A stretch of 64,000 nucleotides of DNA. Origin: an uncultured Pelagibacteraceae bacterium (GTDB taxonomy: Bacteria; Pseudomonadota; Alphaproteobacteria; Pelagibacterales; Pelagibacteraceae). Positions 50,899 through 60,638 of the stretch are shown piece by piece. The translations under genes were made by a program, and so were the position numbers. The stretch lies in the NCBI GenBank assembly GCA_902629955.1, contig CACOSS010000001.1:68203-132202 (forward strand), read 5' to 3'. Position 1 is the stretch's first letter, and each line of letters begins with the position of its first letter. The notes beneath the pieces are model-generated. The model ran no database searches. It was given only the letters and a program-made list of their open reading frames with translations, and was not told the origin of the DNA.

Positions 50899-51282
50899 TT
50901 ATTTACTTTTCTTTTTTTTTGAAATGCCTAGTTTATCGCTATGTCTTAATCTTAAGATAACAATTGCTCCAGCAATTAGTACAATAGCTACAGCTTCATA
51001 AACCAGCGCGGAAGGATCCATTTCTTTTCCTTGCAAAATTATAAATCGCGAAAGAGCAGTAATTGCAATTAGAAGTGGTAAAGTAATACTTATTGATTGT
51101 TGATCCCAAAAAACTCTGACCATTGCCAACACCTCTAAATACAGAAACATTAAAAGCAAATCAGCAAGAGTAACTGAGGTATTTATAAACATCAATTTAA
51201 TCTCTAAAATGACAGCAATGATAGTGCTAACCAAAATAATTCCCAGCAGACCAAGTTGTAAATACTTTACTAAATCTCTCAT
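50899..51282 (-). CDS. Phosphate-starvation-inducible PsiE family membrane protein
   Basis: LADLLLMFLYLEV, PLLIAITALSR. Confidence 0.85.
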   Translation of the reverse strand: MRDLVKYLQLGLLGIILVSTIIAVILEIKLMFINTSVTLADLLLMFLYLEVLAMVRVFWDQQSISITLPLLIAITALSRFIILQGKEMDPSALVYEAVAIVLIAGAIVILRLRHSDKLGISKKKKSK

Positions 51283-51324
51283 ATTTTTTTATTTTAACTG
51301 ATTCGATTATTAAATTACTAGAAA

Positions 51325-51972
51325 TTACCTAAAAATTCTACCAACAATAAATAAACTAAGTGCCACTGCTGGTCCTATACCAAAGGCAAAAAGAATGGTT
51401 CCAATACCAACTGTCCCCCCTAAATACCAACCAATGCTAACTACTGTTATTTCTAAAAATGCTCTCACCACTGCGATTGGCAAATTTGTTTTTTTTTGTA
51501 ATCCCGTCATTAAACCATCTCTAGGACCAGGACCCAAATTAGCAACAAGATAAATTCCACTCCCTATTCCTACCAGTAAAACAGCTGCTACTGCTAAGAT
51601 CATTTTTAAAATAAAGCTTTCAGGGGTGGAGACGTAATTTAAACAAAGATCAATCATAGCAGCTATAATTAGTGCATTCAGTATTGTGCCTATTCCTGGT
51701 TTTTGGCTCAAAAATACCCAAAGAGAAATTACGAAAATACTAATAAAAAAAGTTATAATTCCAATTGAGGCATTTACTTTCAACGAAATACCTTGAGCTA
51801 ATACACTCCATGGAGAAGCTCCGGTATAAGATACAAGCAATAAACCCTCTCCTATACCGAATAAACTTAAACCAAAACATAAAAAGAAAAAAGTTGACAA
51901 TCTAGGCTTTAAATTTAGGGGCTTTTCAGAACTCCATGAAACTCTTGGTATATTTTTAATTTTTAGAAACAT
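51325..51972 (-). CDS. YczE/YyaS/YitT family membrane protein
   Basis: GASPW, PGIGT, LGPGPRDGLM, LGGTVGIGT repeats. Confidence 0.85.
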   Translation of the reverse strand: MFLKIKNIPRVSWSSEKPLNLKPRLSTFFFLCFGLSLFGIGEGLLLVSYTGASPWSVLAQGISLKVNASIGIITFFISIFVISLWVFLSQKPGIGTILNALIIAAMIDLCLNYVSTPESFILKMILAVAAVLLVGIGSGIYLVANLGPGPRDGLMTGLQKKTNLPIAVVRAFLEITVVSIGWYLGGTVGIGTILFAFGIGPAVALSLFIVGRIFR

Positions 51973-52071
51973 TATTTATTTAATATAAAACTTAATAAAT
52001 CCTAATAAAAAATAATTTGCAAATAAATAATCTTATTTTAGTAATTAAAAAAAATCTATAGACTTACTTTT

Positions 52072-52752
52072 ATGAAAAAAATCTTCATTACTGTTATAAT
52101 ATTAACTCTTAGTATCTTTAAAACTTCAATTTCTAAAGAGCCGACAGATCTAAAATTTATAGAAATGGAAGTGTTAAGAAATGGAGATGTAATTGGTTTT
52201 TCAAAGTATAAATTCTCAAAAGAAAATGATTTTTTGAAAGTTGAAAATGAAACAAAATTCAAAGTTGATCTTTTAGGGGTGAATTTGTTTAAAATTAACA
52301 GCAAAGGAACTGAAATTTATAAAAACAATATGTTAATTTCTTTTGAATCTGAAACTTTTCAAAACAAAAAAGTTAAATATGTAAATTTAAAACTCTCAGA
52401 GGAAAAAAACCAATATTTAATTAATGGATCATCATATAAAGGAAAAGCCTCCCTAGATAACGTTATAGGAAACTGGTGGAACTATAAAATTTTACAAACT
52501 GATACACAAATAAGCCCATTGTCAGGAAGTGTAAAAAAACAAGAGGTAAAATATATAGGCGATGAATTAATAAAAATTTTAGACAGAAAAATAAATACAA
52601 AAAAATTTAGTTTAAAATCCAAAAATCAAACACTCCCTGATGATAAAAGGCTTGATTTCATTATATGGAAAGATCCTAATACAAAATTAATTTTAAAAGT
52701 TACCTATGAAAGAATGGGTAAATGGGAATATATATTAAAAAACTATAATTAA
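52072..52752 (+). CDS. Exported DUF6134-like beta-rich protein
   Basis: Signal peptide, V.RNG..IG motif, WWN. Confidence 0.65.
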   Translation: MKKIFITVIILTLSIFKTSISKEPTDLKFIEMEVLRNGDVIGFSKYKFSKENDFLKVENETKFKVDLLGVNLFKINSKGTEIYKNNMLISFESETFQNKKVKYVNLKLSEEKNQYLINGSSYKGKASLDNVIGNWWNYKILQTDTQISPLSGSVKKQEVKYIGDELIKILDRKINTKKFSLKSKNQTLPDDKRLDFIIWKDPNTKLILKVTYERMGKWEYILKNYN

Positions 52753-52756
52753 AAAA

Positions 52757-53914
52757 TTAATTCTCTTTTTTTTTTCTTACTCTTGCAATAAGTTGTGTTA
52801 ACGAGTCAACCATTTGATCTGAAGCTTTAAAAATTTCTGTAGTCTTATAATCATAAGATAAATTTTTTTCTGGATTGGTTTTATCCTCTATTATTATCCC
52901 TTCATCAGGAGAATTATTTTTAATGTAAATTAATATTAGCCAATTATCATCTTCATTTTCATCCCATTTAATGAAAATTTCTCCTGTTTCAAATCTTCGG
53001 TCTATACATCTTAAAATAGACATCTGTCTTGTGATATGTCTTTTATTTAACTGGAAAACTAAACTACTTGCGCTTCTATAAAAACTCTCTAAAGCAAACT
53101 CAATTTTTTGTCTTGCTAAAGTATAATCTTTTTCTTTTTGAAGTAGCGTTTCCCTGTCTTCATCACCTTGTATTTTTACTCCAAGAGCCTCTACTCTCTC
53201 TCGAATTTTTTGATCTCTAATAATTCTATATTTTTCTCTTAATTTATCTATTCTTTCCTGGAGACCAGCATAATCCTCTCTTTTTTCTTTAAGCGAGATT
53301 TTTTCTAATTGTTCTAATTCTTTGATTTCTCTTATTCTAAATTTTTCAATCTGTTTTTCTAATTTTAATTGTTCAAGAAATTTTCTCTGCTTTTCGGCTT
53401 GCTCTTGTCTTATTATTGCTTGTTCTTTCCTTAAAAAAGATTTGATGTCTTTGACTCTTTCTTTTTCTAATTTAATCTCATCTTTTAATAGTTGTTCCTT
53501 AAGTTTCAAATTTGCTTTCTTTTCTTCTTCTAGTTGTAATTTTTTATCTATTTTCTCTTTCTCAATTCTTTCCATTTCCTCAATTTTTTTCCTTCTCGTT
53601 TCATCTTTTTGTAATATCTTATACTCATTGATTGTATCTGAAATTTTTGTAAAAAATTTTTGAAGGAAAGTATCGATAGTTACAAAAGGGTTGAAGTTTA
53701 TTTTAATGTTAGGCTTCAAAGAACTTTGAAGTCGTATTAACTTTAATAGGATTTGATTTTCTTTATTTTTCTTATCGACTTTATCTTTTTTTTTTATAAA
53801 TTTTTTTCTTTTTTTTGTTTTTTTTTGTTTTTTCGACTTTATTGAGGATTTTTTAATCTTATTGATTTTAGAGACTCTTTTACCTTTTTTATTTTTTTTT
53901 TTCTTTTTTTTCAT
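52757..53914 (-). CDS. Hypothetical protein: Lys-rich N-terminus, long E/K/R coiled coil, globular C-terminus
   Basis: 385-aa open frame with distinct compositional domains. Confidence 0.8.
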   Translation of the reverse strand: MKKKKKKNKKGKRVSKINKIKKSSIKSKKQKKTKKRKKFIKKKDKVDKKNKENQILLKLIRLQSSLKPNIKINFNPFVTIDTFLQKFFTKISDTINEYKILQKDETRRKKIEEMERIEKEKIDKKLQLEEEKKANLKLKEQLLKDEIKLEKERVKDIKSFLRKEQAIIRQEQAEKQRKFLEQLKLEKQIEKFRIREIKELEQLEKISLKEKREDYAGLQERIDKLREKYRIIRDQKIRERVEALGVKIQGDEDRETLLQKEKDYTLARQKIEFALESFYRSASSLVFQLNKRHITRQMSILRCIDRRFETGEIFIKWDENEDDNWLILIYIKNNSPDEGIIIEDKTNPEKNLSYDYKTTEIFKASDQMVDSLTQLIARVRKKKEN

Positions 53915-53940
53915 TTAGAGAGCTTAAGAGATTTATCAAT

Positions 53941-55134
53941 TTATTGTTGATAAATATAGTCTCTTGTGTTCGGTACAGAACCTAATTTTTTTGATAATTG
54001 GAATTGAAATACAACCTGGTCTCCCCATTTAAAAGCCATTTCACAACTTGCAAGATAAAATTCCCACATTCTAAAAAATTTTTCATCAAACATTTCTAAA
54101 ACCTCGCTTTTTTTACTTAAAAATCTTTGTTTCCAGTGTCTTAAGGTATATGCGTAATGCTTTCTTAAAACCTCAATATCAGAAAGCACTAAACCAGATT
54201 TTTCTATTGGTTCAGCAACTTCACTTAAACTTGGTGTATATCCTCCAGGAAAAATATATTTATTGATCCATGGCTGTTGATCACGCGGTGGATTAATTGA
54301 TCCTATCGTGTGTATCAATGCGACACCATCTTCAGAAAGAAGTTTTGATACTGTATTAAAGTATGTTTTATAAAATTTTTTACCCACATGTTCAAACATT
54401 CCAACACTTACTATCCTATCAAACTTTTCATTTAAATTTCTATAATCTTCAAGTCTAAAATCAACTTGATTTTCTAAGTTCATCTCTTTCGCTTTTTGTT
54501 TGCTATACTGCAACTGGTTTTCTGAGAGAGTTATGCCAAGTACTGAGCATTTAGTTTTTTTCGCTATCTCTAATGCTAATGTTCCCCATCCACTTCCAAT
54601 GTCTAAAACTCTTTGATCATTTTCTAATTTAAGTTTTTTAATTATATGGTCGATCTTGTTATTTTGAGCTTCTTCTAAAGTATTTTTTTCATCTTTAAAG
54701 TACGCGCAAGAGTATTGTCTTTTCTCATCCAAAAATAAATCATAAAGTTTTTCAGATATATCATAATGGTGTACAACATTTTTTTTCGAGTTTTTTACAA
54801 AGTTTAAGCTTGTTAAAGTCTTATAAAACCCTCTTAGCTTATTAATTATCATTCCATAATTATTTATCTCACCTCTTCCGATATTTTCAAATGCAATTTC
54901 TAAAAAGTCTGTTAATGATCCATTTTTAATAACAACAGATCCATTAGAGTAAGCTTCTCCAAAATAAAGATCTGGATGAAAAAGTAATTTAAAGTGTAAG
55001 CTTTTATCCAAAAGTTTCAGAGTAATTGGATTTTCTTTTTTTGGGTTTCCAATCTTATATTTATTGCTATCAGCATCGATTAAAATAAATCCATTTTTAA
55101 TAAATAAGCTATTTAAAAATTTCGCTAGTTTCAT
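53941..55134 (-). CDS. cfa: Cyclopropane-fatty-acyl-phospholipid synthase family methyltransferase
   Basis: HHYD, YSCAYF, LDIGSGWG, SVGMFEHVG, YIFPGG, RMWEFYL. Confidence 0.9.
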   Translation of the reverse strand: MKLAKFLNSLFIKNGFILIDADSNKYKIGNPKKENPITLKLLDKSLHFKLLFHPDLYFGEAYSNGSVVIKNGSLTDFLEIAFENIGRGEINNYGMIINKLRGFYKTLTSLNFVKNSKKNVVHHYDISEKLYDLFLDEKRQYSCAYFKDEKNTLEEAQNNKIDHIIKKLKLENDQRVLDIGSGWGTLALEIAKKTKCSVLGITLSENQLQYSKQKAKEMNLENQVDFRLEDYRNLNEKFDRIVSVGMFEHVGKKFYKTYFNTVSKLLSEDGVALIHTIGSINPPRDQQPWINKYIFPGGYTPSLSEVAEPIEKSGLVLSDIEVLRKHYAYTLRHWKQRFLSKKSEVLEMFDEKFFRMWEFYLASCEMAFKWGDQVVFQFQLSKKLGSVPNTRDYIYQQ

Positions 55135-55135
55135 T

Positions 55136-56020
55136 TTAAGCTACCTTTAAAAAATTATAATTAAAATCTAATTTGACTAATTCATCAAGTAATTTTTTTT
55201 TACTATCTTTATTTAATAGGGAAAGTGGTGGTAATAAATTTGCATAAGAATTATCTGAAATAGATAAAAATGTATGAATACCGGATATTAAATTATATTT
55301 GTCAAATTCCTCTCTTACATTGCATAATTTTTGATTGTTGGCTTGATCAATTTTATTGATAAAATTGTCATAAACATTTCTTGATAATTCTGCTGTAACG
55401 TTGCATGTTGCAGTAATTATACCTGAGCATCCTAATTCTAAACCACTTAATAATTTTAATTCTGAACCAGGTAGAATAGAAAAATTTTTTAATTTTAAGT
55501 TTTTGTACAAATTATATGTGCTGTCTTTAACTCCTATAATTTGATCTGGATAATTTTTTACAAGCTCCTCAACACATTCTATGGAAAATTTATATCCACA
55601 CAATTTTTCAAAGTTATATAAAATTATTTTGCACCATGGATGAATTTTGATTATCTCAGAATAAAATTTAATCGCATGGTTATCTGTATAAAAGTAATAT
55701 GCCGGCGGCATAATAAGAAAATTCTCAAAATTAAAATTTTTACATACATTGAGAAATGAAATAGTTTCTTTAAGTGAATTAAAACCTGTGCCAATTATAA
55801 AATTATTTTTAAATTTATTTTTTGAAAGTTTCTCAATTAATTTAATTTTTTCTGCAACAGAAATTAATTGAGCTTGTCCTGTGCTGCCAAAAATTACAAC
55901 TCCATGACAACCCTGTAGTATTAAATTTTCTGCATGTTTAATTGTTTTATCTACATCTAAATTCAATTCTTTATCTAACACAGATACTGAAGCCGCATAA
56001 ATGCCATTAATTTTACTCAT
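55136..56020 (-). CDS. Dihydrodipicolinate synthase family aldolase/lyase
   Basis: GSTG, PP.YY, LYNF, Schiff-base GVKDS. Confidence 0.88.
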   Translation of the reverse strand: MSKINGIYAASVSVLDKELNLDVDKTIKHAENLILQGCHGVVIFGSTGQAQLISVAEKIKLIEKLSKNKFKNNFIIGTGFNSLKETISFLNVCKNFNFENFLIMPPAYYFYTDNHAIKFYSEIIKIHPWCKIILYNFEKLCGYKFSIECVEELVKNYPDQIIGVKDSTYNLYKNLKLKNFSILPGSELKLLSGLELGCSGIITATCNVTAELSRNVYDNFINKIDQANNQKLCNVREEFDKYNLISGIHTFLSISDNSYANLLPPLSLLNKDSKKKLLDELVKLDFNYNFLKVA

Positions 56021-56067
56021 AATAAAAACTTATATAAAAATAAAATTTTAGTAAAGTTGATAAAAAA

Positions 56068-57033
56068 ATGAAAATTCTAGCTATTCAAAACAGGATGGGT
56101 ATTGGTGATATGATAATATATTTACCTTTTATAGAAGCAATATCAAAAAAATATAATACAAAAATCAACATTCTAGTTAAAGAAAACTCTAAAGCGTCAG
56201 AAATTTTAAAAGGAAACAAATATGTAGGTGAGATTATAAATTTATACAGAAGTAACAAGAATAAAAAAGGAAAACATGATGGTATTTTTGGATTAATCAA
56301 ATTAGCAAATCAATTAAAAAATTATAAATTTGAAAAAGTTTTTATTTTTAATTCATCTTTAAGGTACAAATTAATATGCAAGTTGGCATACATTAAAGAA
56401 ATATATCAATATCCGTTGTTTGAAAAAAAAAACCAGCATATTGTTTTAGCTGCTCAAAATTTTCTTAAGAATTCGATCGGTGAAATTATAAAAAGTGAAC
56501 CTGTAATCAATGTAGATAAAAAAAGTATTTCTGATACAGCAAGTAAGTTAAAAATAACAAAGAGTGAAAAAAATATTATATTAGGTATAGGTGGGTCAGG
56601 GAATACAAAAAGAATACCATCAAAAATATTTTTAAAATTTATGGAAATGTGTGAAAATAATTATAATTGCAGATTTTTTTTAGCTACAGGAACTAACGAC
56701 GAGGAGCAAATTATCTTAAAGGATATATTGAGTTCAAAATATAATTCTAAATGCTTAGCCTTAGATAAAATGAGTTTGTTTCAAATCTTGCCCATCATTG
56801 CTAATTGCGATGTAGCAGTTTGTAATGACTCTAGCTTTAGTCACTTATCTGCAGCAATTGGTATACCGACTATAGTTTTAATGGCTGATACACCTTTGCT
56901 ATATGGTAGTTATAGTTCAAAAATGTTTCCAATAATTCCTGACGGAGAGGTTACTGTCAAACATGATACTTTAGGTAAAGATAAAATTGATCCACAAAAG
57001 ATATTTTATAAATTTAAAGAATTAATTAACTAA
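56068..57033 (+). CDS. Glycosyltransferase family 9 (heptosyltransferase-like)
   Basis: GIGDM, NDS...HLSAAIGIPT. Confidence 0.88.
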   Translation: MKILAIQNRMGIGDMIIYLPFIEAISKKYNTKINILVKENSKASEILKGNKYVGEIINLYRSNKNKKGKHDGIFGLIKLANQLKNYKFEKVFIFNSSLRYKLICKLAYIKEIYQYPLFEKKNQHIVLAAQNFLKNSIGEIIKSEPVINVDKKSISDTASKLKITKSEKNIILGIGGSGNTKRIPSKIFLKFMEMCENNYNCRFFLATGTNDEEQIILKDILSSKYNSKCLALDKMSLFQILPIIANCDVAVCNDSSFSHLSAAIGIPTIVLMADTPLLYGSYSSKMFPIIPDGEVTVKHDTLGKDKIDPQKIFYKFKELIN

Positions 57034-57535
57034 CATCTTTCAAAACAATTTCTTTAGCCTCATTTACTATTGCTGATAGTCTAGATAGTTCAGGACTTAT
57101 ATCTGGGTGAATTTTTTTCATGATATTTTTATACGACCTCATAACTTCTTCTTTAGAATATTTTTTTTTTTTATTTAAGTTAAGTATTTTGTAAGCCTCA
57201 TCTACTGACATAGACTGAGTGTTCGCTGCTGATCCCATATTATTAAAATTAAACCTTCCTGAATTTCTCAAGAATCTTAGCAGGCCCCAAATTCTTACTA
57301 GTTGAAGTAAAGTCAAACCAGCTTTAGTCTTTACTAGTGGCAAAATCATAAGTAAAAATGGTAAAGAAAATATATACCTTCCAGCAAAGGCCATTATCAC
57401 AGCAAGAACTATAGATAAAATAATAGTAAAAGTTCTAATTCCTTTAGAAATTTTAGCACTTGATGTCTTTACAAACCAATTAAGTAACAAATAGACTAGG
57501 ACAAAAATAATAAGTGTTAAGAAAAAAATATTCAT
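57026..57535 (-). CDS. Membrane-anchored DnaJ-domain protein
   Basis: N-terminal TM helices, MS..EAY.IL, KIHPD, NEAK. Confidence 0.85.
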   Translation of the reverse strand: MNIFFLTLIIFVLVYLLLNWFVKTSSAKISKGIRTFTIILSIVLAVIMAFAGRYIFSLPFLLMILPLVKTKAGLTLLQLVRIWGLLRFLRNSGRFNFNNMGSAANTQSMSVDEAYKILNLNKKKKYSKEEVMRSYKNIMKKIHPDISPELSRLSAIVNEAKEIVLKDVS

Positions 57536-57550
57536 GTAATAGATGTTAAA

Positions 57551-59626
57551 ATGAAAATACCACAACTTGAGAAAAAACCAGAACTAAAATCTTGTCACAA
57601 TGTGACATGGGAAGATAATTATAGCTGGATTCATCAAAATAACATTTTAGAGGTTTTAAAAGACAGCTCTAAACTATTACCAGAGGTAAGAAAATATCTA
57701 GAAGAGGAAAATAATTATACAGAGGAGAATTTAAAAGATACGAAAGAATATCAAAAAAAAATTTTTGATGAAATCAAAGGAAGAATTAAATTAGATGATG
57801 AGTCTTTGCATTTCAAAGATAAAAATTATGAATATTGGACTAAAACAACAACAAAAGGAAATTATTCAATTAAATTAAGAAAAAAAATTGGTTCTAACAA
57901 TGTTGAGGAAATTTGGAATGGAGATAAAGAAAAAGAAAAACTTAAGACTAAGTATTTTGGGGTTGGTGATTTAGAAGTAAGCTACAACGATAAATATTTA
58001 GCATATTCATTGGATTTGAAAGGTTCTGAGTATTTTACTATTCATGTAAGAGATATTAAGACAAATGAGATCATTACTGATAAAATTGAAAATACTTCAG
58101 GTTCTATCTTGTTTAGTTTAGATGATAAATTTATTTTTTATTCTAAGCTTGATGAAAATCACAGACCTAAAAAAATTTTCAGGCATGAAATTGGTAAATC
58201 AATCAAAGAAGATCTATTGATCTTTGAAGAAAAAACACCAGCATTTACTGTAAGCATTGGTATCAGTGCAGATGAAAAATACTATTTAATTAATTCCTCT
58301 GATCATAACACCTCTGAAAAATACTATTTTAAAAGTAATGAGAATTTACCTAAACCAAAAATAGTAAGAAAAAGAGAAAAAGGAATTATCTATAGCGTAA
58401 GTTCTTGGGAAGGTTATTTTTACATTCACACCAACAAAGGTGCAGAAGATTTTAAAATAGAAAGATCGAAAGATATCGAGGCATCTAAATGGGAAGTATT
58501 TATCCCAGCTAAAAATGAAACAATGATTGGTGGACTAACATTTTTAAAAAATTGGATTATTAGATCTGAGCTTAATAACGCGTTGGATAAAATTTTTGTT
58601 AGAGATATCAAATCAAATAAGGAGGAAGAGCTTATTTTCACTGATGAGGAGGTCTATGATGCTAGCATTTCACATACACAAAGAGATAGAAACACTGATC
58701 TTATTTATATCTCCTATTCTACTCCGAAAACACAAGCGAGGACTTATTTATACAATTTAAAGACCAAAGAAAAAAAACTAGTAAAGGAACAAATTATTCC
58801 ATCAGGACACGATTCAAAGAACTATATAGTACAAAGAGTTGAATGTAATTCTGATGATGGAAGAAAAGTACCTTTAACAATAACTAGACACAAAGATACA
58901 CCTTTAGACGGATCTGCAAATCTTCTTTTATATGGATATGGTTCTTATGGCGCTTCAATGTCTCCGTCATTTTCTTCTACAAGATTAAGTCTAATTAATA
59001 GAAATATAATATGGGTAACTGCTCACATACGAGGAGGTATGGAAAGAGGGATGAAATGGTGGAAAGAAGGTAAACTGCTTAAAAAGAAAAATACTTTTAA
59101 TGACTATATTGCTGCCGCAAAATTTTTAATAGAAAAAAAGTATACTTCAAAAGGTAAGATTATAGGAATGGGTGGATCAGCTGGAGGACTATTGATGGGT
59201 GCAGTTGTTAATAAAGCTCCTGATTTATTTTTAGGCATGATTATGGCTGTTCCGTTTGTTGACAGTCTAACAACTAATCTAGACCATTCTTTACCATTAA
59301 CGATTGGAGAATTTGATGAATTTGGAAATGCAAAAGATAATAAAGATCACTTTGATTATATATATTCCTATGCGCCATATAATAATATAAAAAAAATGGA
59401 TTACCCGAATATTTTAATTACAACAAGTTTAAGCGATAATAGAGTTTTGTTTGATGAACCTGCAAAGTTTACTGCTAAACTTAGAGATTATAAAACTGAT
59501 AATAATCTTTTATTGCTTAAGACTGAAATGAATGCAGGTCACGGAGGTAAGTCAGGCAGGGATGGTGCTATTGAAGAGATAGCTTTCGACTATGCATTTA
59601 TTTTGAAAATTGCAGAAAAGATTTAA
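57551..59626 (+). CDS. ptrB: Oligopeptidase B (S9A)
   Basis: D.Y.W, YGYGSYG, HIRGG, GGSAGG, DNRV, AGHGG. Confidence 0.93.
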   Translation: MKIPQLEKKPELKSCHNVTWEDNYSWIHQNNILEVLKDSSKLLPEVRKYLEEENNYTEENLKDTKEYQKKIFDEIKGRIKLDDESLHFKDKNYEYWTKTTTKGNYSIKLRKKIGSNNVEEIWNGDKEKEKLKTKYFGVGDLEVSYNDKYLAYSLDLKGSEYFTIHVRDIKTNEIITDKIENTSGSILFSLDDKFIFYSKLDENHRPKKIFRHEIGKSIKEDLLIFEEKTPAFTVSIGISADEKYYLINSSDHNTSEKYYFKSNENLPKPKIVRKREKGIIYSVSSWEGYFYIHTNKGAEDFKIERSKDIEASKWEVFIPAKNETMIGGLTFLKNWIIRSELNNALDKIFVRDIKSNKEEELIFTDEEVYDASISHTQRDRNTDLIYISYSTPKTQARTYLYNLKTKEKKLVKEQIIPSGHDSKNYIVQRVECNSDDGRKVPLTITRHKDTPLDGSANLLLYGYGSYGASMSPSFSSTRLSLINRNIIWVTAHIRGGMERGMKWWKEGKLLKKKNTFNDYIAAAKFLIEKKYTSKGKIIGMGGSAGGLLMGAVVNKAPDLFLGMIMAVPFVDSLTTNLDHSLPLTIGEFDEFGNAKDNKDHFDYIYSYAPYNNIKKMDYPNILITTSLSDNRVLFDEPAKFTAKLRDYKTDNNLLLLKTEMNAGHGGKSGRDGAIEEIAFDYAFILKIAEKI

Positions 59627-59634
59627 CTCTTAGT

Positions 59635-59662
59635 CTTGAAAAATTAAAATTAATACCCATAT
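59635..59662 (+). promoter_or_regulatory. Sigma32 (RpoH) promoter of the small heat-shock gene
   Basis: CTTGAA-N15-CCCATAT, near-consensus. Confidence 0.82.
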
Positions 59663-59667
59663 GTAAT

Positions 59668-59724
59668 TTACAAGTTGCCTTATTGGGGCTTGTAATAAAC
59701 CTTGCTAACAAAGGAGGAAAAATG
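59668..59724 (+). ncRNA. ROSE-like RNA thermometer in the 5' UTR
   Basis: Hairpin 1 TTACAAG...CTTGTAA; hairpin 2 CC-TTGCT-aacaa-AGGAGG pairs the SD with a bulged G, the ROSE U(U/C)GCU hallmark. Confidence 0.75.
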
Positions 59725-60168
59725 ACAAGTAAGGATCTATCTATATTTAACTCACTAAGACCATTCTCAATTGGTTTCGACGATATGTTTGATCAATTTG
59801 AGAATATGTTAGGAAATGGTAATTTGACAATGCAATCTAATTACCCACCCTACAACATTAGAAAAACAGGGAAGGATAAATACTCAATTGAAGTAGCCTT
59901 AGCAGGTTTTTCGAAAAAAGATGTTGAAGTAGAGTTTGAAGATAATTTATTAACAGTGAGAACAAAACAAGTTAATAAATCAGATAATCAAAACGAAAAT
60001 GGTGAAATTATTCATAAAGGAATTTCACAAAGACAATTTGCTAGATCATTTACAATTGCTGATGATGTAAAAGTGAATGGTGCCGAGCTTAAAGATGGTC
60101 TTTTGACAATTGCTTGTGAAAGAATTGTGCCAGATTACAAAAAGAAAAAACTTATTGAAATTAAATAA
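59722..60168 (+). CDS. ibpA: Small heat-shock protein (Hsp20/IbpA family)
   Basis: SIGFD, NYPPYNI, ALAGF, HKGISQRQFARSF, A.LKDGLL, IEI; RBS AGGAGG. Confidence 0.93.
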   Translation: MTSKDLSIFNSLRPFSIGFDDMFDQFENMLGNGNLTMQSNYPPYNIRKTGKDKYSIEVALAGFSKKDVEVEFEDNLLTVRTKQVNKSDNQNENGEIIHKGISQRQFARSFTIADDVKVNGAELKDGLLTIACERIVPDYKKKKLIEIK

Positions 60169-60180
60169 GTATTAACCTTG

Positions 60181-60203
60181 CTTGTGGGGATAATCCCCAC
60201 AAG
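60181..60203. terminator. Hairpin between convergent genes (likely terminator)
   Basis: CTTGTGGGGA-TAA-TCCCCACAAG. Confidence 0.75.
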
Positions 60204-60509
60204 TTAAAAACACCCTTTAGATACAAATCCAATCACCATACCCTCACTGTTGATTTCAAATTTTCTCTCACAAGGAATTCCATATTTTTTTGTTTTATAT
60301 ACAAGAACCTTAGAACCTGTATTTGACTTTTCCTCATTATCAGGCATACCCATAACTATTTTTAATTCTGAGACAGGTTGACCAATAAATTGACTTAATT
60401 TCTCATTTTCTTTTTTTACAATTTCATCTGTTTTGTCCTTAACAGTCTGACAACTGGACAATTTTGTTAAGACTAATAGAAAAATTAAAATATGTGATAT
60501 TGATCGCAC
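60204..60509 (-). CDS. Hypothetical lipoprotein
   Basis: Signal peptide with LSSC lipobox; C-terminal Cys pair; GTG start. Confidence 0.72.
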   Translation of the reverse strand: MRSISHILIFLLVLTKLSSCQTVKDKTDEIVKKENEKLSQFIGQPVSELKIVMGMPDNEEKSNTGSKVLVYKTKKYGIPCERKFEINSEGMVIGFVSKGCF

Positions 60510-60575
60510 TTTCTCACTTTATCAGATCTGTTTTAATAAAAAAATTAAATTCTAAGTTGAAAAATGTGAATAAAG

Positions 60576-60622
60576 CTTTCAATTGAAAGGATTTGTTTTG
60601 AAGAATGGTTTATTGTTATAAT
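60576..60622 (+). promoter_or_regulatory. Palindrome plus extended -10 promoter upstream of the NCS2 permease
   Basis: CTTTCAATTGAAAG (60576-60589); TGtTATAAT (60614-60622); RBS GGAGG downstream. Confidence 0.5.
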
Positions 60623-60638
60623 TATTTGGAGGAATTAA

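Noticed and set aside
51973-52071. ATTTGCAAAT palindrome in a divergent spacer
   Set aside because: Short and AT-rich; expected by chance at this composition
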